A stretch of DNA of 64,000 nt from Sphyrna mokarran (taxonomy: Eukaryota), in the NCBI GenBank assembly GCA_024679065.1, contig JAGIQG010000010.1, forward strand, positions 56,358,001-56,422,000. The letters are read 5' to 3'. A program made the position numbers and the translations under genes. Below the pieces are notes generated by a model, which saw only the letters and a list, made by a program, of their open reading frames with translations, was not told where the DNA came from and did not search any database. The first letter of the stretch is position 1. Each line of letters starts with the position of its first letter. Of this stretch, positions 1 through 11,242 are shown one piece after another.

Positions 1-2343
1 CTGAAAGAGCAATCAGTGAATAAAACTGTTCTTTTATGGTGTAATTAATGCAAAATTTGCTGGATTAAAGTCCTTGTACTCTTTGGTAATAGAGCACTGT
101 CCAGGCATCTTAACTGTGATCATTCATTATTATTGGTATGATGAAGTTTATGCCATAGAATCATTGAAATTTCAGCACAGTAATACCAATAATATCAGTA
201 CTAACACCTCATTGACATTATTTACTCATATTCTATTTTCTCACTCGTTAACACTGCTTTTCCATGTTCATTCTCCTTAAATGCTAATTTGATCCACTTT
301 GCAATGTTTTTATTGGCACTTGTTGTGAGAAGGTACTCCACATTCTAACAATCTTTCATTTTTGTGCTTTATTTTTATTCCAAGAGACTGCCTCAGTAGG
401 ACTGATTAGCAAGCAAATTGTCCAGCATGTACAAGTGCAATTCTTATCCTAGCTGAAATAGAATCGAAACCTGCATCCTCACTTTGCCTCTGAGAGTGAA
501 AGGCAATGGCAATAAACAACCACTGGCAAAAAGAAAACAGCTCAGGTAGAGCATATAATGAGTAAAAGTACTTTAATTGTCGAAAAAGAACTGGTGCACA
601 ATCTGGTGGATGGAATGTCATAAGCTACTACTGTCTTAAACACAATTATTGTTGTAACTCATTGTCGCTTTTTTAAACTTAAGTTGATTCTGTAAACATA
701 TTTATGACTTAGTTGTTTTCCTGAGTCTCTGATAAATGCATAATCTGTCTGAAGTAAGTGTGGGAGTGCAGTACAATGCTATAATCCACAGAGAGTATCA
801 CAACTGGGACAATTTAGTCTTGCTGGCATACATTGTGTAGGAGCAGAAAGTAAAAGGTTTAGATTTTAGCAACTCGATGTCTTTACAAACATTGTTGTTT
901 GGCAGTTGAATGTGCAAAAATCTCTGGAATAGGTCAGTAATCTCATCTGATGTATAAAGGCAGCTGATTAAGTAAAATAGGTTCATTTTAGATGCTATAG
1001 CAGAATATTAATAAAGCAAATTTGTAGGATGAAAGAGAACGTAAGTAATTTGGAGACTTGTGTGCGTGGAAGCATTTAATTCTGCAGTGCTAACCACTGC
1101 CAGTTTAATTAGAGATTAGTTGAAAGAATTTCAAAATTTGCGTCCAATGAGCAGAAATAAACATCACATTGTTTGGCAATAAAAGGAAGCAAAACCTGGA
1201 TAAAGCCCAGAGTACTAAAACAAGCATATTTTTGCATAATCCAAAATGGTTATTGTATGAAACGTTATTGGAATCACACTGTTCAAATTCCAAATTGAAA
1301 CTCCAAATTCAAAATTGCAATGGATAAATCAATGGACTCAAGTGGGAAACATAAAATGTTATGCAATTTCAAACTACTCTCAACAATAAATCAAAAAGTG
1401 CTTTAAGTAAAAACCTGCCCGAGTGAATGATCACCAAACTCCATTAACCACAATCAGACAAGCCAGATGTTGCCCTTTACCACCCCCATCAGTATCCCAG
1501 AGCTTGCATGAGAATGATCTGTGCCTGATTCAACAGTTTATCAAATTAACAAACTGGAAATGCCCTAATACACTCTCACACAGATTTCTTGAATTGTATG
1601 AGTAAAATAACTTGTTGCAGTAGGCTAGTTTGCCAGTTAGGCTATTCATCACACTGATACTCAAACAGAACCTATGTTCATTGCTACTTAAACTATGAAC
1701 TTTCACAACTCCCTTATGCCATCACAAAATTGTCTCACAATGGTTGTGAAGCCAGCATCTAATTCTTTTTTGTATCTGAGGTGACCTTGTTCTTACATGA
1801 AAGACCCTTCAAATATCAAATCTGTTAAAAGCTTTCTACTCAATTGTATTTTCTAAATCTGGACAGAGAGAAGTTTACAATTTTCATATGTAACATTGTC
1901 TTCTTATTTAATGATTATTACATAGATTGGGTTTGACAATCCCCTGCTCAGCAACTGTGGCAATAAGGTTAAGATAGCATATACTATTAGTCATTGAGGC
2001 CTAAGGTTTGTTGTGCACCTGTTAGCATGTGGGAGCACTGGTGGCATTGAGAACCTGCACATCAGATCCACTTCAAACAGCAAGAAAAATGATGAGACCT
2101 TTGTTATGTAAGGGTTTTGGCAACTATAGATGCTGAGATGAAGTGTGTATTTAAAATTGTTGTTAAATGGTGAGCCCGTTATTCTCTTTTCCTTGAAAGA
2201 GAGTATGAGAGTTGCATGAAGTAACTATGTGCTTATCAGCTATCTCATTTTTAAAAATTTCATAGTGCACTTCAGTTTCACCATTTTAGCTACTCACACC
2301 TTTTACAACTGAACTCCAGTTGTCATGTGTGGGAGCTGCAATT

Positions 2344-2695
2344 GAATCATAGAATCCCTGTGTAGAATCATAGAAAAATAGAATCCCTATGCTGCAGAAA
2401 TAGGTTATTTGGCCCACCGAGTTTGCAACAACTCTCAAAAGAGCATTCCATCCAGGCCTTATCCCCGTAACCCCACATATTTACTGTGGCTAAGCCACCG
2501 AATCAACATACCTTTGGACACTAATGGGCAATTTAGCATGGTCAAATCATCCAAATTGCACATCTTTGGATTCTAAAGAGCATTTAGCATGGTCAATCCA
2601 CCTAGCCTGCACATCTTTGGAATGCGGGAGGAAACCGGAGCACCTGGAGGAAACTCACGCAGACATTGGGACAAAGTGCAAACTACACATAGACA
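2344..2695 (-). mobile_element. HE1-type tRNA-derived SINE, 5'-truncated, with internal ~50-bp duplication
   Basis: (catagaa)n tail at left; HE1 core tttagcatggtca...gcacatctttgga present twice; ggaggaaaccggagcacc motif. Confidence 0.85.
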
Positions 2696-3504
2696 ATTGA
2701 TCTGTCTCTAAGTACAACCAATAAGTATTCCAAATGGTCATCATTTATTTGCTGGTTATGCAAATGAGGATGAATTGGATCAGTGGAAGATTGTGTCACT
2801 TAACTTTTGAGAACTTGAATTTTAAATATAAATCTGGTCATTCTAATGTTATGTTGCATTATACATTATCTTTCTTTAACATTTATTTATTTCTCACTTC
2901 CATAATTATGCATTGGATTCAACTAAACATGGTCAACAATTTTAATTTGCCACCTAACTATTTTCACTGAGTCAATCAAACTATGGAAATTGAACAAACA
3001 AACTCAAAGAAAATCCCTGAAAGCCTTGCAACAAGTAAATAGTCCACCTGAAAATTATTACTATGTTTCAGAATATGCTTAACAAGACAAAATAATAAGT
3101 TCTGAAGAACATTATTTCAAATCATAATTACTTCCGGAACTCAGTGGACCAAATAGCCTATTTCTGCACTGCAGGGATTCTATTTTTCTATGATTCCACA
3201 AAGGGGTTCTATGATTCAGTTGCAGCTCTCACACATGACAACTGGAGTTCAGTTGTAAAAGTTGTTAGTAGCTAAAATGGTGAAACTGAAATGCACTATA
3301 AAATTTTTAAAAATGAGATAGCTGGCTTTAGGCTTTCCCCACAAACAATAACCATTTGTCCACCGAGCTGGAGCAGCTTTCAAACTGAAAATCAATAATC
3401 TAACACTTGCTTGGATAAATGCAGCTCCAACAACACTCAAGAAGGTAGACTGGTACTTGGAATGAACGGATTGTCTGATGAGGGTAGTTCCAACAGTATG
3501 GACT

Positions 3505-3760
3505 TGTTACGCTTTTAGGACAGAGATGAGGAGAATGTTTTTTCTCTCAGAGGATTGTGTGATTTGGAACTCTGCCTCAGGAGATGGGGTCATTGTATTC
3601 TTGAAGACCAAAGTAGATAGATTCTTATTAGGCAAGAAAATTACAAGTTATTGGTATAGATGGGGATGTGGAATTAGAAACACAAGTAGATCAGCCATGA
3701 TATGAGTAAATAGCAAAGCAAGTTCAAAAATCCAAATGGCCTACTTGGACTCTTAGTTCA
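3505..3760 (+). mobile_element. CR1 LINE 3' fragment inserted in a decayed LINE fragment (approx. 3380-3450 and 3760-3830)
   Basis: FRTEMRRMFF..WNS..FKTKVDRFL ORF2 C-terminus followed by a CR1 3'UTR. Confidence 0.7.
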
Positions 3761-3861
3761 ACTTACACCATCCAGGACAAAGAAGTTTGTTTGATCAGTA
3801 CCCACTACAAAACTTTCATTCTCTCCTCCATAAGAATCCTTTGATAGGATCTTTCAGATAT

Positions 3862-5332
3862 ATAAGAACATAAGAACTAGAAGTGGGAGTAAGCCATCTA
3901 TCCCCTTGAGCCTGCTCTGCCACTCAATAGATTCAAGGCGGATCTTTTTGTGGTCCCAGCTCCACTTACCCGCCCATTCATCATAACCCTTAATCCTTTA
4001 CTATTCAAAAATTTATTTATCCTTTCCTTAAAAACATTTAATGAGGTGGCCTCAACTGCTTCACTGGGCAGGGAATTCCATAGATTCACAACTCTTTGTG
4101 TGAAGAAGTTCCTCCTCAACTTAGTCCTAAATTTATTTCCCCTTATTTTCAGGCTTTGCCCTCTCATTCTAGTTTCACCCGCTAGTGGAAACAACTTCCC
4201 TGCTTTTATTTTATCTATTCCCTTCATAATCTTATGCTTCTATAACATTTCCCCTCATTCCCCTGAATTCCAATGAGTATAGCCCCAGTCTACTCAGTCT
4301 CTGCCATAAGCCAACCCTGTAAGAATTTAGCAACACCAATTTTAAATCCAACCGATTTATTTGATAGTAAAATTGTGAGCTTTCAACACTCTGTGTCTTT
4401 GTCAGGCAAATGCAGTGTTCTGGTCTGCAATAGCACACATCAGCACAGACAGTCACAGATTGCTGAGTAGAATGCGAATCCTTACATCTAACCTGCTATT
4501 CAAGTGTTAAAGTGGCTAACAATGTGTGTGAAGGAAATCCTGAGCATTGGTTAGAGAATTGTGTATTTTCTCCAGACAACACAGTAAGTGAGGTTTTTTG
4601 CTAATCCAGGCAAGTTACGGGGGTTACAGATAGTGTGACATGAAGCCAAGATCCCTATTAAGACCGTCCTCATGTGTGCGGAACTTGGCTATCAGTCTCT
4701 GCTCAGCGACTCTGCGCTGTCGTGTGTCACGAAGGCCCCCTCGAAGAACATTTACCCGCAGGTCGGAGGCCAAATGCCATGACTGCTGAAGTGTTCGCCC
4801 ACAGGAAGGGAACTGTTTTGCCTGGTGAGCGATGCTCATTCATCCGCTGTCGTAGCGTCTGCATGGTCTCTCCAATGTACCATGCTTCGGGACATCCTTT
4901 CTTGCAATGTATTAGGTAGACTACGTTGGCCGAGTTGCAAGAGTATGTACTCTTGCCAACCCTCCCAACCCTGGAATCAACCTAGTGAATCTCCTCTGCA
5001 CCCTTTCCAGTGCCAGTATATTCTTTCTCAAGTAAGGAGATCAAAACTGTACACTTCTCCAGGTATGGCCTCACCAGAACCTTTTACAGCTGCAACATAA
5101 TCTCACTGTTTTTAAACTCCATCCCTCTAGCAATGAAGGACAAAATTCCATTTGCTTTCTTAATTACCTGCAAACCAACTTCTTGAGATTCCTGCACAAG
5201 GATACCCAGGTCCCTCTGCACAGCAGCATGTTGCAATTTTTTACCATTTAAATAATAGTCCATTTTGTTGTTATTCCTACCAAAATGGATGACCTCACAT
5301 TTACCAACATTGTACTCCATCTGCCAGAACCT
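3862..5332 (-). mobile_element. CR1/HER1 LINE 3' portion (RT C-terminal region), split by a Penelope insertion
   Basis: ORFs 5084-5320 (WQMEYNVGKCEVIHFG) and 3898-4227 (RRNFFTQRVVNLWNSLP); (ataagaac)n tail. Confidence 0.93.
4319..4954 (-). mobile_element. Penelope-like element (Neptune type), 5'-truncated: GIY-YIG endonuclease C-terminus plus 3' pseudo-LTR
   Basis: Minus strand reads SCNSANVVYLIHCKKGCPEAWYIGETMQTLRQRMNEHRS and RRVAEQRLIAKFRTHEDGLNRDLGFMSHYL*; flanked by TSD gccaaccct (4310-4318 / 4955-4963). Confidence 0.92.
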
Positions 5333-5737
5333 TTATGATCTACACTATCCAAAAGAACAAGGTCAACAGGCTACTGTCTATAAGTTCCCCTCCAAGTCAT
5401 ATACAATTTATGACTTGGAGGGGAACTAAATCACCATTTCTTCACTATTGTGGAGTCCAGGGCCTTAATAGGTTTAGTAAAAGAGATAATAGATCTAACA
5501 CTCTGCATTAGAGTAAAATCACATCTTAGTCAAATCCTATATCTCAAGGATTTGAGATCAACAGAACTCCCCAAGGTTGTTTGCTTGTTAGAAAAGCAGA
5601 TAGTTCCCAGCTAGAAGATTATACACAAGTTTAATAATAAACCTACGAAGGCAAGATCGGAATTTTAAAATAATGTTCTGTGTACTGATTAACTGTGGAC
5701 TATTTCTGTGACTTGGAGAAGAGAGTTGCATTATAAT

Positions 5738-6070
5738 GGGATGGCATGGTAGCACAGTGGTTAGCACGGCTGTTTCACAATCAGGGACCTGGGTTCAATT
5801 CCTGACTTGCGTCAGTGTTTGTGTGGAGTTTGCACATTCTCCTCGTGTCTGTGTGGGTTTCCTCCCAAAGTCCAAAGATGTGCGGGTTAGGTTGATTGGC
5901 CATGCTAAAAATTGCCCTTAGTTTCCTGAGATGCATAGGTTGGAGGGGTTAGCGGGTAAATATGTAGGGATAGGGGGGGGTTGTGCCTGGATGCAATTGT
6001 GGTTGGTGCAGACTTGATGGGCCTAATGCCCTCTTTCTGTACTGTAGGGTTTTTATGATACCTATGATTT
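5738..6070 (+). mobile_element. HE1-type SINE, near full length
   Basis: tRNA-like head with A box (agtggttagcac) and B box (gggttcaattcc), HE1 body, CR1-type tail. Confidence 0.9.
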
Positions 6071-7973
6071 AATGCTGTCCCTGTAATTGCCTTGATAGAA
6101 TTGTGAGAACTGCACTAGGCAGGAGTATTACTTCGGAAGTTTCTCTGGAATAGTCCAGTCCATACTTGACTCATGAATAAACGATAGTTACCCTATCCCT
6201 GAGTCTTCTGCAGTTAGCTGAAAGAAGTACACCATGACACTCTCTAATATAACTTTGGTTGTACCTGGATAGCAATAACTCAAGAAACTGTCTCCTCAGA
6301 CTATGCTGCAGTAGTGAGAGATATGGCATGTGAACCGATGCCTGAAATAACTCTAAAATTATTGTGGAATAATACATAGCAATATAACATACAATTTATC
6401 TAAAACATGGGGGGGCAAATCTCCTATCGCAACATGCACATATTTTGGCGGGTCGGGAGATGCACATGTTAACCATTTTTCAGGTTCCTCGCAAGCATCT
6501 ATGACCTGTGCGCATCACTCAACTGGAAAAAATGGCATGGCCGGAATGATGCTGAAAATTGGCATGCCGCAGATTTTCATTACTTATCATACAGCATGCC
6601 ATTATTGGGATCAATGCAGCAATCTTCACCTATATTAGCATCTCCCACCTCTTTGGCGTGATGTCGCTTTGGTATATAAAAGTCTGAACATGGCATGGCA
6701 GGAGGTAAGTGCTGCTAGTGGAGCATGGTGGATGTTGCAGGCAGGCCCTGGAGATGCTTGGTGAGGTTTTTCCTGCTGCCTTCAAGTTCTGGCCCATGGA
6801 CCAGTAATATCTGGGATGGGGTGTGCTTCTGTTTCCTTTGACCTCTCTAGGGTAAGGTTTCGTGAAGGAGTCTTGCTGAGCCCTGTCCTCCAGGGCAGCA
6901 CTGTGGCTTAGTTTGGGAGGCTCCTCAAGGAGTCCTGCTCAGCCTTCCTTCAAGTGCACTTTGTAGTGGTATTGTCATACTGTGGGGTGTAATCAGAGAC
7001 TGCGCTGAGTGCTGGTGGTCAGGGATTCAACTGACTATTGGTATTCCAGAGTGGGGGAGGAGTGCACCATATGCTAACTAAGGCCTAATCAGATGAAGCA
7101 GCTGCCGCTCCAGGCTGGGCTACAGAGGTTCAGATATGGACTGCATGGCATCTGCTGTCACTGGGTACGTATCTGGTGTTGAGATGTAGTCTGAGCCTGC
7201 CCTATAACATTGGACCAGCAAACATGCCAGTAATGGATGCTGCAGTTGCACACATGGCAATGGCTCAAGTGCATATTGCCCACGACTGCACACTGACTTT
7301 CATGATCTGTGCCAGCATTTGTCATGGTGGGAATCTCACGCAACCTGATTGGATCATACATGGCAATATGGATTGTGTACTGTTGCCAGCTCTCAAAAGT
7401 GGGGAGTATTGGCTCAAATGAGGGATGGGGTGGTGCTGGGTTTGTGCAGCCAATGATAATAATCCGTCATTCTATGCTCTTCCGAAACCCCACTGTGAAA
7501 ACGGATCTCGGTTTGCTCGATCTGGAGCTAACCATGTTGGTAGCAGCAGGGCAGAAGAGGAGGAGGAGGCAGCAGCTCAGAAAGCGGTAGACATGAAGAG
7601 ACCACCGCAGGAGCAACCATTATCAGTCCTTCAGGAAGGAGGACAGGGGGCTGCTGCTGAGGGCCAGGAGATGGGTGATCAGTGTTGCACAGAAGGCTGA
7701 GGGTGCCGCGGCCAAGGAGGTACAGACCCCACAATTCATTCAAGGCCCTCTTGGAGGAGATGTGCCATTGCCAGCCGTGGCTCTCCGAGACCACAGTGTG
7801 GCACCTATGTGAGGTACTTGCACATTTGGCACATCGGGATGAACGGCCATCCGCTCTCTGTAGACATGAAGGTTACGGCTGCCCTATATTTTTACATCTC
7901 TGGCTCATTTCAGGCAAACTCAGTAAAGTTTTACAACACCAATTTTAAATCCAACCAATTTATTTGATAGTAA

Positions 7974-8013
7974 ATTCACGAGCTTTCGACTTTATAGCCT
8001 TCGTCAGGCAAAT
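7974..8013 (-). ncRNA. Minimal type-I hammerhead ribozyme motif (PLE-associated), mirror copy
   Basis: Reverse complement reads atttgc-CTGACGA-a-ggct.ataa.agtc-GAA-AGCT-C-gtgaat. Confidence 0.6.
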
Positions 8014-8113
8014 GCAGTGTTCTGGTCTGCAATAGCACTCATATCCACACAGTCAGTTACAGATCTGTAACTGTCTGTGTGGATATGAGTGCTATTGCAG
8101 ACCAGAACACTGC

Positions 8114-8153
8114 ATTTGCCTGACGAAGGCTATAAAGTCGAAAGCTCGCGGAT
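8114..8153 (+). ncRNA. Minimal type-I hammerhead ribozyme motif (PLE-associated)
   Basis: atttgc-CTGACGA-a-ggct.ataa.agtc-GAA-AGCT-C-gcggat: conserved core, stem II, palindromic AGCT stem III, stem I with G-U pairs. Confidence 0.65.
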
Positions 8154-8339
8154 TTACTATCAAATAAATTGGTTGGATTTAAAATTGGTGTTGTAAAACT
8201 TTACTGAGTTTACCCCAGTCCAATGCCAGCATCTCTACATCATTTCAGGTACCCAGTGGCGACCTAGTTGGGATCTCCCAGGCTTCCATGTACAAATGTG
8301 TGCGGCAGGTCACAGATGCCCTGTATGCCCCAGCTGTCA

Positions 8340-8942
8340 GTGACCAATCGGGAAGGCCGATTACTATCTGCCAGCTCCATGGCACGCTCTGCTATCCTGG
8401 TCAGCTGTCGAAGGTCAGGCACACCATCACCAATCTGTATTACTTCACGTACATTATGAATGTTCTTTTCCTGTGCGAACATAAGGTGGATAGCAAGCAT
8501 TAATATATTGCAATGCATGGTGTGCAATGTGTGCCTGTGTCTCGGGCATTGTGCTGGCAGTTTTGGGAAAAACGGCCATCACTGAAGGGTGCTCGTTGAC
8601 AGGTGAAGGGAAGGGGTTAGATTCTGTTCCTGTAGGAAGGGTAACTTGTTGCATGCCCTTCGGGTGTCTGTGCCAAGCATGTGTGGGGTTCCAAGAGGGA
8701 TGCTTGCTCACCCTTGCTGCTTGAAGAAGGTTGTACATTGTTTTTCTACACTGCTAGCCAGAGCACAGTCAGGCTCCTGGCATTCATTGCTTTTGCCACC
8801 TCCTCCCATAATGCCATGACAGATGCACCCTTGAGTGAGAGCCCTGGCCAGGGAAGATCCGCTCATGCCTTTCCTCCATGGCATCTAGCAGGTGCTCCTG
8901 CTTAGCCTCTGAAAATCTGGGTGCTGGTTTACACACAGACAT
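8340..8942 (-). pseudogene. Harbinger ORF2, Myb/SANT-like DNA-binding protein, two exons (8942-8712 and 8470-approx. 8340)
   Basis: MSVCKPAPRFSEAKQEHLLDAMEER..LWEEVAKAMNARS..QCRK..YNLLQAAR|gtgag...cacag|EKNIHNVREVIQIGDGVPDLRQLTRIAERAMELA; frameshifts and a stop in exon 1. Confidence 0.8.
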
Positions 8943-9364
8943 CTTTGTGGCATGACTGGCTGTGTGCCCAATCCTGCAGCTTATGTGCAGCTCTTGCTTA
9001 TTAATGGAGTTCAGATCAGTGAGTGTGGCCAGTCAACACATTTGTTGGCAACAAATCCTTGTGAGAAATTCTGAGCGTCATGCATTCCTCCGGGTGCTGA
9101 TTGACTGCCATTCAATAAGAGGAGGTTCAATACTTAGGGTTCCTAATCGATTAGCTGACGTCTCTAGGTGAGGGTGCTAAATCAGGGCTCCCATTCATGA
9201 GAGGAAATGCTCACAAGCTGGCCTTGTACATATCAGTATTACACAAGTTCTCTGAAGGGCAGCACTGAAGACAGTATATTCAAGGGATGGGGTATTTGGA
9301 TCCATGCGGGCATGGGATGAGTAGGCAGCCATATCTATGTATGTGGGGGGTGAAGGGGGTCAAC

Positions 9365-10020
9365 ATTGTCTGTATTGTGGGAGCAAGGGCAGCAATGTCT
9401 ATGTGAAGGGGGCTAGCGATGTCTATATGGGGGGGGGCAGTGATGTCTTATGAGGGGGTGCAGCGATTTTTGTATGGGGGCAGCGATGTCTGCATGGGGG
9501 GTGGCAGCGATGTCTGTATGGGGGAGGAGACAGCAATGTCTGTATGGGGGGGCAGCAATGTCTGTTGGGGGGTGTTGCAGTGATGTCTGTAGGGGGGCAG
9601 CGATGTCTGTATGGGGGGGGCAGCGATGTCTGTATGGTGGGGGGGGCACCGATGCCTGTATGGAGTGCAGCAAAGTCTGTATGGGGGGGAGCCCCGATAT
9701 CTGTATGGGGGGAGGCATCAATGTCTGTATGGGAGGGGCAGCGATGTCTGTAAGGGGGGGGGCACTGATGCCTATATGGGGTGCAGCAATGTCTGTATGG
9801 GGGGGGGTGCCTAGATGTTTGTATGGGGAGGGCAGTGATGTCTGTATGGGAAGGGCAGTGATGTTTGTATGGGAAGAGCAGAGATGTCTGTGTGGAGCGT
9901 AGCAATATCTGTATGGGTGGGGTGGTTGTGGGTCCAGTGATGAAGCCAGTAATGTACTGGCATGTTTGTGGGGACTAGTGATAAGGCCAGTGATGTCTGT
10001 GAGGGTTGGATGGCAATGAT
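9365..10020 (+). repeat. G-rich minisatellite, ~21-23-bp unit (cagcgatgtctgtatgggggggg), roughly 28 copies
   Basis: Directly visible tandem units; source of the spurious repetitive ORFs at 9413-9905. Confidence 0.95.
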
Positions 10021-10844
10021 CTGGATGCTGGGAGGTCTTTTCACTGATCTCCCAGCAATATGCGCAAGCGCGAGTTCCTGTTCATCCTGCCATTTTCTCT
10101 TTGACATGAATACGCCACACCTCTCAAGCATTTAATGATATTCATGTGACCTCTGCATTGCACAGAGTGGGGAGATTTGGGTCTCAAGTTGCACTGAAAA
10201 AAACAATTGTGATATAGACCAGTTTACTCACCAATTCAGCACTTTTGGGAGAATCACCTATAGATGTTCCTGTTTGATTGTTCCAGAATTTTTCTCCTTT
10301 AACTCCTTTTTCTCCTTTTTTTCACTTTTACAGCATACCTGTGAAACAAATTTGATCACCTGAGCATTCAGAATACATGCAAAAAATCAAATGCAATATT
10401 CCACTAGTTATACATGTAAAACAGGCTGGAGTATGTGGCCAAACTCATTCACGCCTCTAGCATCTCATGTTTTTCTGCAAGGGTTCTTATCATAGAATGA
10501 GTTATGAAAGTAGCAGAAATCATAGTGTTGTTGGATCTTACAGTGCAGAAGGAGGACATTTGGATTTTGAGTCTGGACCAACTCTCCAAAAGAGCATCTT
10601 ACCTTGTAAAATTAAACTTCACCTCTATTTGACCTAAAACTCTACATCAAAATCCATGAACATATCGGCATTTCTCCCCAACTGCCTCAACATAAAGCAT
10701 AGCAAATGCCCTGTCAGGGGGCATTCCAACTTTTATTAAGAATACAATGTTTGGTGCAACTGTGTTCAGTGTATTTTGCTCCAGTGCTTCTCTTTAGTAG
10801 AAATGCAAGTTAATAAGAAATAGTTCATGAAGGATCAGAGGCAC

Positions 10845-11021
10845 CTCTCTCCATCTGAGAGACAGAGACAGCAGTATATAACTTGAGGAGCACCACTCCA
10901 CAGTTTGGGACAAGATGACAGGGCAAGCCTCAATGAACTAACAAAGCTGGCAAAGAAATTGAACCCACGGTCTTGGCCTTATTCTGTATTATAGTCTAAT
11001 CATAGTCAATTGAGCTAACTG
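10845..11021 (-). mobile_element. Old tRNA-derived SINE (non-HE1)
   Basis: Minus strand starts cagttagctcaattg (A box) with gtgggttcaatt (B box). Confidence 0.6.
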
Positions 11022-11242
11022 AGTTCCTATGAAATAATTTTAGATTTCTACTTGCTAACTCTGTACTCTTTCTAAATAATTCTCCAGGACAGAGTTGATC
11101 TAGGTGGCTGCAGAAGTCACTGCTTGATAGTAGACATGATCAATCATTGCATGAAGAACATACTTGAGTTATCATATCAAATTTAATTATGACATTTGAA
11201 ATTGCCAAGACTGTTATAATTTACCCTTAACTTAACTTACTA

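Larger units (their letters stand above)
7916..8239. mobile_element. Penelope-derived hairpin insertion: two inverted 148-bp terminal copies plus a 3' tail
   Basis: Palindrome 7916-8211 centred on 8063/8064; arms match the PLE end at 4319-4460; TSD tcatttcagg (7905-7914 / 8240-8249). Confidence 0.92.
7690..8330 (+). pseudogene. Harbinger (HARBI1-like) transposase N-terminal fragment, interrupted by a PLE hairpin
   Basis: RPRRYRPHNSF..WLSETTVWHLCEVL..SVDMKVTAALYFYISGSFQ | VPSGDLVGISQASMYKCVRQVTDALYA joined across the insertion (with a frameshift). Confidence 0.85.
6411..10260 (+). mobile_element. PIF/Harbinger DNA transposon, internally deleted and decayed
   Basis: Degenerate TIRs gggggcaaatctcct ... 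gggagaatcaccta; carries transposase and Myb/SANT ORF remnants; its ends match the MITE at 57741-58542. Confidence 0.8.

Noticed and set aside
5738-5810. tRNA gene
   Set aside because: The A/B boxes belong to a SINE head; no complete cloverleaf and no T-run terminator.
9413-9905. Pro/His-rich and Gly/Cys-rich ORFs up to 160 aa
   Set aside because: Translations of the minisatellite; open in several frames on both strands.
9365-10020. CRISPR-like array
   Set aside because: Units are contiguous with no unique spacers, and the context is eukaryotic.
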